A DNA stretch of 64,000 nucleotides, from positions 4,712,001 to 4,776,000 of the forward strand of contig JAQFVV010000002.1 in assembly GCA_028023455.1 (NCBI GenBank). The letters are read 5' to 3'. Below the pieces are notes generated by a model that saw only the letters and a list, made by a program, of their open reading frames with translations, made no database searches and was not told the origin of the DNA. Position 1 is the first letter of the stretch, and each line of letters opens with the position of its first letter. Position numbers and translations under genes: made by a program. This document shows positions 1 to 13,599 of this stretch, one piece after another. This DNA is from Epiperipatus broadwayi (lineage: Eukaryota > Animalia > Onychophora).

Positions 1-657
1 AATATTAACTCAAGCCAAGCATTTATCTAATTCTTAAATATTAAGAAAAAGATCCAAATCTTCAGATACCTACGTGTCTTCAAATTCAGTTCTTTAACCC
101 AAGAAACTATATGAGCCTGAACTAAATTCAGTGATCCCATATATTAGTAGGCTTAGCAATTTAATATAGCCAAAGTCCTGATAGCAAAATTATAATATTA
201 GTAAAAATCATATTGGTAATACAAGCTATATAGGTCATGTGACATATGACTGATTTTTACTAATCTTATAATTTTGCTATTAGGGCTTTGGCTATATTAA
301 ATTGCTAAGCCTACTAATATATGGCATCACTGAATTTAGTTCAGGCTCATATAGTTTCTTGGGTTAAAGAACTGAATTTGAAAACACGTAGGTGGCTGAA
401 GATTTGGATCTTTTTCTTAATATTTAAGAATTAGATAAATGCTTGACTTGAGTTAATATTTTGAATTGAATGTCCTGGCTCCTCACTGATGAGGCCATAG
501 GATGGGGACCATCATAGATAAAGGTTTCAGGTATTTTCTCTTGTAGCATTTATCATAAAAAAAAGCTTGTTTAGAGCTATTAGCAGGCTCTTTATATATT
601 ACATATTGGTAATACAAGCTATACATGTCATGTGGCATATGACTGATTTTTACTAAC
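1..657 (+). mobile_element. Retrozyme-like element, subfamily A' (fold-back plus about 1.15 tandem units of ~393 bp; left end outside window)
   Basis: Inverted arms 1-210 and 251-460 with a few mismatches. Segment 209-263 recurs at 602-657. HHR remnant CTCCTCA-CTGATGA(486-492)-GGCCATAGGA-TGGGGA lacks GAAAC/stem III. Body aligns with family E (55140-55370). Confidence 0.75.
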
Positions 658-2445
658 ATATCAATTGTGTAAAATAACAAAAATGCAATTACATCAAAGA
701 TAAAACTGATAAAGGAGGTTAATGTTAAATTCAGTATAGATATTTATACACAATATAAAAGATATAATTATTTATTGAAAAGAAATATATTTATGTATGG
801 TGTATCAGATATAAACTTTATATGAGTATTGAAAATTGAAATTAGAGAACAACTGAGATAAAACTCTAAGGAGTTGCAGACTTCTTTACTAATATATCAT
901 TAGGAATCCCTGTTTCTTCTTTTAGATTCTTTATATTTAGTTGAGAACTTTTTGACATTATTATATTATTTTCAAAACATTAGTTAGTAATAAAGCAAAA
1001 TAGGAAATTTTAATCCCTATATATATAGAGAGAGAGAACTTAGATAATTAACATTTCAGAATTTTACAGTTTGAATGTTTTGAATTCATAGTATACCATG
1101 CCTTCTTTATTTTTCTTCTTCATAAATTATGCTGGTATTATCATGGTGAAATGCATAGCCTTTGTCTATCTCATAGTTTAAAAAAACTAAATTCTAATTT
1201 TAAAAAAATCTTGTTCTGTTGTATAAATGTTTGTCTTGGATTACCTGATCACTAAATTTTCTCTGGTCTCCATGATATATTCAAAATAGCAATTGGGGCT
1301 GGAAAATACATCATATTTAATCATTCAGAAATATAGTTTGTTTTTTTCATTATAGTGAATTCTGTTGAAATTTAATGCTGCTTTGATATTGTATTAAAAA
1401 TATGTGATAGAGATATATATTTTTTCTGGGGTTTTTATTGATCAATATAAAGTTAATATATAACTAAATTTTATTATTAAACCTCATAAAAATGACCTAA
1501 AAATTCAAAAATATTTTCAACTGAATGTTATAAAATTAAAAGAAAAAATTGCTATTGTTTATGAAATATTGCCAAATTAAGTCTTAACTTTCATTCTTCG
1601 CTAACTTTCTTAACCTAAAATTTCAAATATATACATATATCTAATGGAAAAAACTTAAATTTAATAATTTTTATTAACTTTTTTAGGTACATCCAATATG
1701 TTTATAAATATAGGCACGTATATATATATTGTGTGTTTAGTGCACGGAATAGTGTATATCTTGAATTGTAGAATTTATGTTATAAAACTGAAAATTTATA
1801 TTTTTTATTGCTATCCATATTTTAATCTCTAAAAATATTGTTTTAAACATAATAGTTACATTTTTTAAAATAAAAATTATTATTTAATGAACTTCACCGT
1901 TTTAGATGTCACTTTACTCATCATTTTGAATATTTTATAACCCTGTTTAAGACAACGTTCAACATATCGGAAAGCTTTGCAAATTAAATTTTTCTGTTAG
2001 TTATTAGTTTAGTTTATATCTCCCTGCAGTCACTCAGTGAAAGGAAGTAAATTCGCTTGCATCTGCTCGCATTACCTTGTTTTATTACTCTTAATTTAAG
2101 CTATATTTAATTACTGCCTTGTTTCCATTTATTTTGCAAAACAAATTTTAATTACATTCTTCTCAATATAATTTATTGCATTTTTTAGCAAATATAAAGT
2201 ATAACCATTATTTTTTTAAAGCAATACCAACAATATTTATGCATTTTATACACCCACTACATATATATATTAATGTAATGGTAATTTAAAAAAATAATCA
2301 AAAATATATTTGTGAATGTGGATGTTTGAAATGATTGTATCCAAAACAACACTCACAATATACTAAGAATGGTAAACCCAAATTATAAGTTTCTTTATGC
2401 TAGAAGATAAACTAGCTCTATATCATATATGTGCATTAAATCATT

Positions 2446-2730
2446 GGATTGAAAATATTATTGTGTTTTCAATTTCATTCTCATAGTTTTGTAGTTAAGT
2501 AGAGATAAAAGGTGGCTGTTGGAGGATAGTATTCGATCCTAAGATCTATGGGCAATGCTCCCAGATCCAAGGCTCCTTACTGATGAAGGCCATAGGCCGG
2601 AAACTAGTCTGGGGATATTGGATGAATAGGTACTAGATATCGATTTTATGCACAAGCCTTCTGGCATCCATTGATTACTTTGGCTTGCACTGAGTGGCAC
2701 TACTGTATGAAGAGTTTTGCCTGTTTTAAT
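2446..2730 (+). mobile_element. Family A HHR retrozyme, partial monomer
   Basis: Aligns with the copies at 47 kb, 49.5 kb and 52-53 kb and contains a complete HHR core. Confidence 0.9.
2574..2615 (+). ncRNA. Minimal type I hammerhead ribozyme (family A)
   Basis: TCCTTA-CTGATGA-A-GGCC ATA GGCC-G-GAAAC-TA-GTC^TGGGGA. Stem I is 6 bp with G.U pairs, stem III is the palindrome ACTAGT, predicted cleavage after 2609. Confidence 0.8.
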
Positions 2731-2737
2731 ATACATG

Positions 2738-2838
2738 TATTCTATAGCCATGCACATGTAAACTAAAAATTGTTTGTCTGTCACACGTATATTCTATAGC
2801 CATGCACATGTAAACTAAAAATTGTTTATCTGTCACAC
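2738..2838. repeat. Tandem duplication, 2 x 49 bp
   Basis: TATTCTATAGCCATGCACATGTAAACTAAAAATTGTTT(G/A)TCTGTCACAC at 2738-2786 and 2790-2838. Confidence 0.95.
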
Positions 2839-3238
2839 CGATTTGTGAATTAAGATTACTTTTGAAAATTGAAAGGCTTAAGCATCATTTTTAATCAATG
2901 GAAAACATTATAAAAAGATATGATAATTAATTTAAAATAAGTTTTATTAATAATTAATAATTTGAGTATTTTAACAGATTAAAAACAAAAAAAAATATGA
3001 CTTTGAACTATCCTTTTGTTGTTTACAGTATTATTCTAAGTTAGTGTGCAAAAAAATTGTTTGGATTTTGGTGTTCAAAATCACAGATACTTCTAAAAAC
3101 TGCTCATAATAATAATAATTTTTTACCTAGAGCTAACAGTAAATGGGAGAACCTCATTTCTATCTTGAGTTCTCAGTGGATACCTTAATCTCTAGAAGAT
3201 TGAAATTTTATTACATTTGTTATTAAGAAGAAATATAA

Positions 3239-3985
3239 GGATTTGAACTTAGATTTTCAGTCTATATTCATCCTCCACTTCATTTCAAACAACTGATACA
3301 CATGTGAAAAAGATAAGTGATTCCCAGTATATGTATTTCATGCAAAACCAACACTCATCAATTGGGGATCATAATCTCCCACATATATATACAATCAGTG
3401 CTTGATTTTATTATGATAGCTATTCCTTAAACTTTAATGGATAGGATTCAGTCTTCTCACCCATCTCACAATTTAACCCCATTTCATTTGAAAATCAATG
3501 ATGAAACACTCAAAGCTTTTGGTAGATTTGATATTGTTGTCACACCCATGTAGACATTACATCAATCTAAATCCTGATACTATCATACCATTACATATTC
3601 ATTTAAATTAATAGGAGAGGGAGTGGTCTGAACTTATACTATGATGTAACCTATTTCCAAGATAATATGTAATTAACCTATACATTCCATATACTGAGTG
3701 CTTACTATAGTAAATAGAGGGATTTGAACTTAGGATTTTCCATCTATATTCATCCTCCGCTCCATCTCAAACAACTAATACTTATGATCACACACAAGTG
3801 AAAAAGATAAATTAACCCCAATATATGTATTTCATGCAAAACCAGCATTTATCAGTTGGGCCAGATTGCAATCTCCAATGCATATATGCAATAAGTTCTT
3901 GGCTTATATTCTTATAGCAATTTTTAAACTCTAATGGACAGGTTTCAATCTTCTTACCCCTCCAACAATTCAATCATCCAATTCT
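3239..3985 (-). mobile_element. Two direct family D copies (HHR plus tRNA-like B box) about 481 bp apart; possible tandem dimer
   Basis: GGATTTGAACT (reverse complement of a B-box-like AGTTCAAATCC) at 3239 and 3720. Degenerate HHR cores at 3323-3366 and 3817-3860 on the minus strand. Confidence 0.75.
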
Positions 3986-5001
3986 TTTTGTTATTAAATA
4001 TCATATAAAGATTTTGATATATAATTTTAAAAAAGAAAAGATAAAATATACAATACATATGTATATAAATATAAGACTATATAGCAAATCTGTGTCTATA
4101 ATCGATTTATTATTAATAGAAAATAAAAAAAAACATGTTTGGTTTCTCTAATACCTTAAAGAAACTGATCAGAAATTTTCAAATATATATTCTGTATGTT
4201 CCATCATTGTTGACTTCTCATCCATGCTTTTAACTGTTCACGTGATAAATAAATATAAATGAGCTGTTCATCAAAGGCTGATTGAACATAATGATTTTAT
4301 TTACCTCTGAATTTAAAATAAATAAAACCCAAGGCATTACTTTTCAGATGTTTAATACATTTTTATAATAATTTGCTTGGAATTCTCTTCAGAGCAGGGT
4401 ATATATGGATGTTTATCTGTGCAAATTTAGTATTTTTATAATAATTAATATTTATGACAAACAAAAATAAAATAAACTCTATGTTTAAAGACTGTAACTA
4501 TCAATCAACTAACTGTTATGATTAAAGAAAGAAAATGTTAATATTTACTAAGTTAGATTTAAGCTATTACTTGATGTGGCTATATATATATGCAAATCAA
4601 AATAATAAAAAAAAAAAACATTTGAAATATAAAATATTTTGGATAAACTTAAATATGAAAATAAAAATTTGAAAATATATTTATGCAATTTGTAGCATAA
4701 GAAAGTTGTACTTTATTATTATTTAACATTGGTTTAAATATAATATAACAATTCATCAATTATTAAAACAGAGTTTCTTTAATATAAATAAAATAATTGC
4801 ACCAAGGATATTCTATTTGTAACACCTAAAGTTAAATACACAATTTATTTATTACAAAATTACAATTTCTGGTGTACTGCCTCTTATTTACAAATATGAT
4901 AGATTGTATTAACCTAGGTTTTAAGGCTACTATAATTTTTTTCTTTAAGTACACATGTACTAGAAGTATTTTTAAAATTCTGTAAAGAAGGAAAGGAGAG
5001 T

Positions 5002-5439
5002 GTTTTTCTGAAGGTTAGTGATGATGGTGTTATAGCTGTATTTTTATATTGGACTATTTCCATCATCTAATACGTGTGTTGAATGTCTTTAAAAAAGTTT
5101 AATTTTATTTAAATATTCCAAATGCATTCAGCTGTTAGTAATATGATAGCAAACATGTTAGTATATGCACCAACTGTTAGTAATATCACAGTAAACAACT
5201 GTTAGTAATATCACAGCAAACAGGTTAGTATATGCACAATGTTTCGAGAGGTATTCCCCCCCCTCTTCTTCAGGTGTTGCAGGCCTGACCAGGACAGTAC
5301 TAGCATGGGATTCTAACCTGGGTCTTGTGATATTACTAACAGTTGAATGCATTTGGAATATTTAAATAAAATTAAACTTTTCTAAAGACATTCAACACAC
5401 ATATTAGATGATGAAAACAGTCCAATATAAAAATACAGC
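5002..5439 (-). mobile_element. PLE 3'-region (family B) fold-back insertion with 14-bp TSD
   Basis: TSD AAGGAAAGGAGAGT at 4988-5001 and 5440-5453. Minus arm 5002-5324 and plus arm 5325-5439. Both match the PLE tail at 43560-43776. Confidence 0.9.
5235..5276 (-). ncRNA. Minimal hammerhead ribozyme (family B, PLE-associated)
   Basis: Minus strand CAC-CTGAAGA-A-GAGGGG..CCTCTC-GAAAC-ATT-GTG. Stem II is 6 bp and stem I is CAC/GTG. Stem III ACAT is probably ACGT after CpG decay (inference). Confidence 0.65.
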
Positions 5440-6339
5440 AAGGAAAGGAGAGTTTTATTATACAACATTGCACCAAGTAAACGTAATTCTAATGCCAAAT
5501 AGGTTAATTTAAATTTTTCTAACATAGAATATCATTTGTGAAATCTATGTACAATATTAAATTACGAAATGAATTACATATGAATTTTTAAATAAAAAGA
5601 GTGCTAAACTGGTTAAATTTACTTAACGAATGTATGTGTATGTTAATATTTTTTTCATTTGTATTTACCAAAATATTTTACTTTATTTTTAAAGCATCTA
5701 AAATAATATTCAATTCCCTATCCATTATTATTTTTATATCCTTATTTAATATAATATGTCAATACTTCTCATAGTCTGATTTGTGACAGTTTTCTTTATT
5801 TTTATCTGCTTTTTTATGCCACTGGTAAATGTATTATTTTTGCATACATAAGACATGGCTTTTTTTTTCTCATTTTTTTTAGAGGTAAAAATTTCTAGTT
5901 TTTTTCTTCTTTGTCTTGAATTAACTATTATAAATTGCCATTTTTGTTTTGCTATATTATGGCTGAACACCTTTTTTTTTTTTTTGACATTATATAGTGA
6001 AATTAGTATATCAATAATTTTAATTTATTATGGATTTATTATTATTTATTTTACTATTAATTTAAAAATACTTTTGATAATAATTCTTATAGGCAGTTGT
6101 TTTTTAGTTATTATTAAAAGCGTATTTCCTAGGACTGCTTTTCCTTACAATCTTATACTTAAGAGCTACATCTGATAAAAGAACTTGGTTCTTGTTCTTA
6201 TCAATTACGCCTTTTAAACTTTTGATCTAAAATAATTTTTAAAATTCTTCTTTTTTTTTTAAAGTTGGCATTGTTTAATTTTCAGATTTTCCCATTCTTA
6301 AGATGATATAATTAATATAAAAAATGTGCTCGTAAAATC

Positions 6340-6448
6340 TTTTTTTTTTTAAGTGTCATAGCATCGGCCGGGACGTGAACCCGCAACCCGGGCAACTGCC
6401 TGCAAGTGGAAGTCAGTCGCGCTGACCTCTCGACCACCAATGCAAGAC
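6340..6448 (-). mobile_element. tRNA-Gly-related SINE with expanded middle
   Basis: Reverse complement GCATTGGTGGTCGAGAGGTCA...GGGTTCACGTCCCGGCCGATGC-TATGACAC-poly(A), with A- and B-box-like motifs. Confidence 0.85.
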
Positions 6449-8160
6449 TTTTCTCCTCGAATTTATATCATTCGCTAGAAAAAAAATACATGTGTATTCA
6501 TTAAATATAAATTAGGAATGCTTCTTATATAATTTTATAAATTATAGCTAATTTTTATTAACTTTATTGTATATTGTAATTGATTAATTCATTTTCATGA
6601 CCATCCTTTGTAATAGTTAATATGAGGTTTCTAATTCTTATTTAGATTGTTGCAAACTATGATACTTAATTCTGATAGAAATTTAACACAGTTTTAAATT
6701 TTTTTGCCTATCATTGCCACTTTAATTTTGCTGTGTCTATAGAAAATACACAACTAATTGCTTAACCAAATCCTTTGAAGTGCAATTATAGAATAATACA
6801 ACATATAAGTGGCAGCTAATTTTCCATTTTAAAATGTGAATAACTAATTCTTATATATTAAAAATATTTAGTTATTATAAAAGACTTTAATCTAGTAGTA
6901 AACAGATTAATGAGATTATGGTTTACCAAGGCATACAGAAGTTTATATACCACAAAAGCATCTTTAAATGATGCTAAAACAACTCCTTTAATTTCAGTAA
7001 TAATGTTTATATCAAAGCAAATGAAATCACAGAAATATTTTTTTTCTGATACTAAAGTTTGCTTTTTATATTATATATATTAAATTAAATATTTTTATGG
7101 ATTTTAATATGATATAAACAATGGAAATTAAATATAATATCCATGAAGCAGAAATATCTTTATCTTTGATGTTTCTAGATTTATCTTTAATGTTTTTAGG
7201 AAATCATCAATTATTAGTTGGTTGCCTTAAGGCTAAATAAGTTTTCACTCTTAATCTATATAATAACTCTTTTAACTTGGTTTTAGATGAAGTAATAATT
7301 ATATATATAACTAATTAAACATCATATAAATCTGTAATACTGTAGTTATAAAAACAGTTATTAAATTTATAGCACCTATACATTTTTGCAATAATTTTAA
7401 GTGGCAATGGTTAATTAAAAAATCAGCCAATCTCATCTGGAAATCTATTTCTCTCATAGATTGAAAATGAAGTGAGTCTTTATCAAATGTAGAGTTTGTA
7501 GAATGTTTTTTATCAAATATTGTCACTTGAAAGATCTTAAAACATTTATATAGGTAATCGAAATATATATATATATATGTAATGATTAAGGAAAAAAACA
7601 AAAATCTTAACTAAATTAATTCTCCAAAAAGTCTTAATTACACAATTATTGTTAATTTATACACTTTTAAATAAAACAATGATTCCTAACCTGTTGTAAA
7701 TATCCTTTATTTTTGAATAATAAAAATAAAACTATCCAAAAATCAAATGGTTCAGTATTCATACAATAAATTTTGATATCTTATATAATTATCTTATTTT
7801 TTATTATTTATAAATTATTTTAAATACCACAAATAATTTAAATACACTCAAAAATATTATTATGCATTATTTTTAATGTTGATCCAAACTATAAAAACAT
7901 AATGAAACTTTACAAATGTATGGATTTTGTGTGAAAATATATTCAAATGATTAATAAAATAGATAATAGAGATGAGTGAGAATATTGAATTATCATTGTT
8001 ATTAGTTTGAATTATTTTAGTCATTAACACAACTCTTATTTTATGAGTACAAAGTTATACTGCATCATTTAGAAAACATTGCATAATATTTATTAGATGT
8101 ATTAATAATCTGTAAATTTTCTACTTCTTCTTTTCCTATGTGATAATTTCTATTATAACA

Positions 8161-8558
8161 TATCATACCATTTACACCTTTTAAGACACTTTATCAATAC
8201 TTTTATTTGTATTATTTGTATTACACTAACAGTTTCGACTGTCCTGCAGTCATCATCAGAGCTACAATATTCAAATATATAATTATACAATTATTACACT
8301 TATTAATTAGTTATTTAAAAGGTAAGGTAATAAAATGGGAAATGATTATTTATAAATATCATATTAAAATGTATAATTATTTTTGTTTATATTGTGTACT
8401 TAATTATGTATATCAAATATGTGGATAAGTGTAATAATTGTATAATTATATATTTGAATATTGTAGCTCTGATGATGACTGCAGGACAGTCAAAACTGCT
8501 AGTGTAATACAAATAAAAGTATTGATAAAGTATCTAAAAAGGTGTAAATGATATGATA
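8161..8558. mobile_element. Family F fold-back with an HHR in each arm
   Basis: Arms about 8161-8303 and 8425-8558. Minus-strand core GCT-CTGATGA-T-GACTG CAGGA CAGTC-GAAAC-T-GTT-AGT (8226-8262). Plus-strand copy at 8466-8503 has G12->A. Confidence 0.85.
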
Positions 8559-11500
8559 ATCTATAAAAAGAAATAGCAAAGAACATACAGAATAAATATT
8601 TTTAATAAAAATATACTTAATGACAATTCAAAATTATGTTAATTTTGTTTAAAATACCGAATTCCTGAATTCAATCATAAAACAGAAGAAATATAAATTT
8701 CACTGATTAGACAAAACAATGGGTTTTCTTAAGAAGCATTTTTATTAAATAATATTCTTGATATAGTAACAAATAAAAGTGTATACTGACTACATGAATA
8801 ATTAGTAAATGTAAATAATTATAAATGGTTCATAAACCCATATATATTCATTTAATGTGACCACTATTCTGATGATGATGATCAAATAAAGCATTAAGGT
8901 TAAATGTAATTATTCCAAGTTTTTTTTCTAGATTTGATTTAAAATTAATTTTCAGATGCCAAGTTTTCTAAATAGAAATCTTATTTCTGGAAATCTTAAT
9001 ACTATTCATTACCATCATCATAGAAATTTCATACAATTATCCTCTCATGTCCCCAATACACTGCATGATTTCTCAGAGTTAGTGGATATTAAAGACCTAT
9101 GTTTGGAATGGAAAAGCAAAATTAAACTAAATTAGTTAATTAAAAAAATAAGCTAAAAATTTATTTACAATAACTAAGTAAAATATAAAGTTATTGCATA
9201 TACTTTTGAAACTGCTACCAGATAAATAGAATAAACAATATTGAAAATAAAACTAATAATAATAATTATAACTATTAAAATTTAAAGCCTTATGGTTAAA
9301 TATAAAGATAGGATCTTAAATTTGTAAAGTTTAAACTATGATTTTCTGCAGATATCATATGTTTACTACATATGCATACATGTTTATAGATAATCTTTAT
9401 ACATCCAGTTCTGATTGTGATTATTCTTTTCAGATACATATGCCTATAGACATTGTATATAAATTACCTCAGAGAGTCCATATCTTTATTTACGACATGG
9501 TATTCTTCTTTAAAATAGGCAATGTTGTACTTTAGTAAACTTCAGCATTTGTTGAGATCCAATTGCACAGTTTCTGGCCTTTTGATCATTATGGTTGAAG
9601 TTTTCTAGATACTCTTGATAAATAGTAATTGGTTACCTATTGTTATTATAATTGCTGAAGTGGATAAAGTTGTAAAAAATATTTTAAAATAGTCAGCAAG
9701 GTACAGTTATTTAAAGCTATTTGAAGGGAGCCAATTTTAATAAGTGGCTTCTCTTATCTTTTCTTCTTGAGCAAAGACTTAGATTAGACTACTGTTGTTT
9801 TTTTCTTTTTTGATCTATTTATATTTCATATTCTCACAATTTGTTTTTTTTTTCCTCTTTTTTTAACACTTAATGTGTAAATAAGTCTGTGTTTATTTAT
9901 ATCATGATGTTTTTCGAAATGTATTTATTAAGACAACTGACAAGACTTAAAATATGTTTTTCCATAAATATTTTCTTCATTCCTTAAATTATTTTATGAT
10001 TATATAATTTAAAAAAAAGTTTTTTTCTTTATTTACAGTAATGATAAGAAAAAAAAAATGTCATGACCAAACTTCGAAAATTGTTCTCCAACTTTCTCAA
10101 TTTTAGTGTTTTATAATTTTTAATAATGTATTGAGATTTGTCATTTAATTTACTATGCGAGAGAATAAATTATTTCTTTAAAGCTTGACTAGCAGATAAA
10201 CTGAAAGGGTGCAAAATAAAATACATTTTTGTAAATCAAATTCATTTGCCTGCACTTAAACTAATGTTTTTCTCTTCCCTTAGATAATATGAGTTATCAT
10301 TTCATCAATTATAATTTTCCAAACTACTCTTCTTTCATTACATATTTAATAGTAGTTTTTGAACTCTATAGATATATTTTCCTTTAATTTCTTAAAGCAG
10401 TATATTTAAGTTATGCATGTATTACATCTATTATAAATATATACCAAACATATAAATTTACTAATTAAATGTATCAGCATTTTTATTACACTTTTTTAAC
10501 CATGCAGCTTTATATTGCAATTAATATAAACTGCAATCGAATATGCTCTGTTACAATATTTATATACTTTTTATATGACATGTATAAATTGTGAAAACTG
10601 CTATATTTCTATTTCTTACTCTATTTTTTTGTTTTGTTTTTTCCTTTTTGTTCTCTCTCACTTTATTCTCTTTTTTCCTATCAGCCTTATTTATTTATTT
10701 ACTGACTTTTATCTTTACAATGACAATCAGAAGTTTTTCAAATAGTAAAATTTTTGTACTGATTTCTTCTGATATATTTTCTTAAAATTTAAATTAAAAA
10801 ATTATTTAAAAAATTTTCTCATTTAATTTTTTCTTTTCAACATTATGTGAAGAAAATGCCTTTATATATTAATATAGTATCAAATATTATTTATTTTACA
10901 AAGAATATCATAAAACGGAAATAAATAAATGAAATATTTAACTGACAACGAATTATAAAATAATCTCTTTGAAGTTCTAATCACGTTTAAATTGTCAATA
11001 ATTTTTAACATTTTATTTGATTTTATAAAAGGATTGTTCAAAACCAAACATGTTTATATATTTTTTCATTTCAAATATTATTTAAAAACTTTTTTCTTTG
11101 ATGGAAAATTCAATATTTTATAATAATTATAATCCAATTATATATGAAAGCTTACAGTTACATGGAAAAAAAAATTTTTTTTTTTTTTTTGCGTAAAATT
11201 TATCACAATATTTTAATTAAATTTGAGACATACAAAAAGTATAAAATTCATGAACATTAGTAACAAAAATATTACTGTCAAAAATATATAACTAAACAAC
11301 TTTTGCATTAATATAATGATTTATCAAACTAATGTTTAAAGATTAACCCTCTTTGTATGCTAATTGTTTAAGGTAAAAGTTTCAAGAATAAGATCCTACT
11401 CAGAATAAAATACAATAACACTAGAGATAATTTGTTATGCTGTTTGAGTTGTTTTAAATTAATCAATATTTTCTACAATTTAATTTTGGATTTATTGTAA

Positions 11501-13357
11501 TCAGATATTAAAAAAATTAAAAATATCAAGTTATTATGTCAATATATATATATATTCCTATATTAAAATAATAGAAACAAATTCTTATGTATAAAAAGCT
11601 CCATATGTATAATGTTTAGTTGAAAGTAATTTTTTAAAAAGTCTTAAATCAGTTGCATTCTGAATCATAAATATGCAAGTCAAAATTGTAATCAGCACAA
11701 ATATATAGCAAAGGAATTAAAAATAAAATATTCCATCACATGTTTATAATAATTAATTGTGACTTATATTTAAGATTATTAAGTCTTTGTTTACAATCAA
11801 TATGAATTGAATGGAATTATACACTGATTCATTAACTTATCCATAAACAAAATTTGGTACAATCATGTTTTTGCTACTGTTTATATATAAACAATTGTAA
11901 AAGATGCGTTGGTTGATTGGAAATTTCAAATTTGTACACATGTAATGTATGCATATCTGATTTGTTACTCATTTCAGCTAAAATATTAAACTAAAAGTAG
12001 TTTCCATCTTTGGATTAATGTGGTTCAGACAAATATTATTGTTATTATTAGATCATGTGATTTCTGCTTGCATTACCAGTTTTATTTGATTGCTGCCTTG
12101 TTACATTGAAGCTAAAACTTTTTTTAAATTATCAAATGGAAAATTTTTCATTATATTTTAATGTTTACATCTACAATGCTGTGAAAATCTGAAAATTAAT
12201 ATATATATATATATGCATACTTATTTTATGTGCTAAATTCCAATTTACCAATAAAGACTACAGGGAGCAGATCATGGAATGATCTTCAAATGAGAAGATT
12301 CAAATGAAAATAAACAATCAAATGTGCTCAATCAAAAGGATATTTGCTGTCTTTTAAGATAAGATGTTTGATTATTAAAGGCTGTGTAATTTTTCCAATA
12401 TAAAAAATCATTCCTGTCTACTTACTGAAATTATTTTTGGTGTTGCTATCTTTAGTTACATAGTTAAATTATGGGCATGGTCCATGAATTCATAATGCTA
12501 TCTCATTTCAAATACACACAACAATTCTTATTTTATTTTATGTATTTAAGTGCATATAAATATGTAATTATATAAAGTTCTATGTATTGAGCAAATTACA
12601 GGAACAGATTTTCCAGATATCAGTAAGTTGTAATTTTGTAGAAAGCAGTACAATATATGGTCTGTTTAAAATTCAATTCAGGACAATGTTTTACATAGAA
12701 AATTGGTTATTTTTGGCCAGATCTATTTAGGAATCCATTATGCTTTGCTATAAATATGGAAAACCATTAAAAGTTAGTGTAAAATTAGTCTATTCTACTA
12801 TATTTGATTGGATTATCATTTCTGGAAGATTTCTCATTTTAGTGGTAATGAAGCCAAATATCCTCAGATCAGTTTCAATTTTTTCATTTTTAGTGATTTT
12901 TTTTTAACAATAAAGCCAATTGATAATACAAAGACAATTATGGTAGAAAACAAAAACTGGTGTTACTATTATTTTCTAAATATAGATTCATCAATGCAGA
13001 AATTTATCTTAATGTGGAGTATTGACAATGTCAGTATAATACATAGATTATAGCCAAGAAGTTGCTGTGATTTAACATTGATATTGGTGCTATTAAAAAA
13101 CTCATTTTTTAAAATAAAAAAACATTTAATTGAATAATTAAATAGTTATAAATTTTTTCACAATGGAAAATTAATGAGACAATAAGAGAACTTGATGTAA
13201 AAGTTATAGCAAAATATAAATTAATATTTTTATTAGTGTAATTCTTAAATATATGTATACATATAGTATTAAAAATACCTGTGACTTTGTTAAGCGCTTA
13301 TGTTAGACTCACAGAGTTTAGAAAAAAGCTTTTATTCCATATAGAAAAGAGTTATAT

Positions 13358-13589
13358 TTTATTAAATAATCACAGTCTTTTTACAACTGTAAGCAAATAA
13401 TTTTTATTAATATAATAACAGTTTTGACTGTCCCTGGCAGTCTTCTTCAGATCTCAATCATTGCTCTATCTCTCCCTTTCCTCCATTTTATTTTAAATCT
13501 GAAGAAGACTGCCAGGAACAGTTGAAACTGTTATTATATTAATAAAAATTATTTGCATTAAAGTGTAAGAAGACAGTGATAATTTAATA
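13358..13589. mobile_element. Family F fold-back with an HHR in each arm
   Basis: Arms about 13358-13452 and 13497-13589 with a 44-bp spacer. Core AAT-CTGAAGA-A-GACTG CCAGGAA CAGTT-GAAAC-T-GTT-ATT on the plus strand, mirrored on the minus strand. Confidence 0.85.
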
Positions 13590-13599
13590 AGATGTATTG

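Noticed and set aside
5131-5240. CRISPR-like repeat-spacer pattern
   Set aside because: Irregular stutter of a PLE tail motif in eukaryotic DNA, with no unique spacers and no cas genes.
9440-9630. Possible minus-strand exon ending at a GTAATT donor
   Set aside because: In-frame stop upstream and no good acceptor. It is more likely a decayed TE.
12990-13100. RTE APE-like peptide echo (IIAKKLL*FNIDIGAI)
   Set aside because: A single short motif that is too weak to delimit. The same applies to a possible APE remnant on the minus strand at about 46050-46950.
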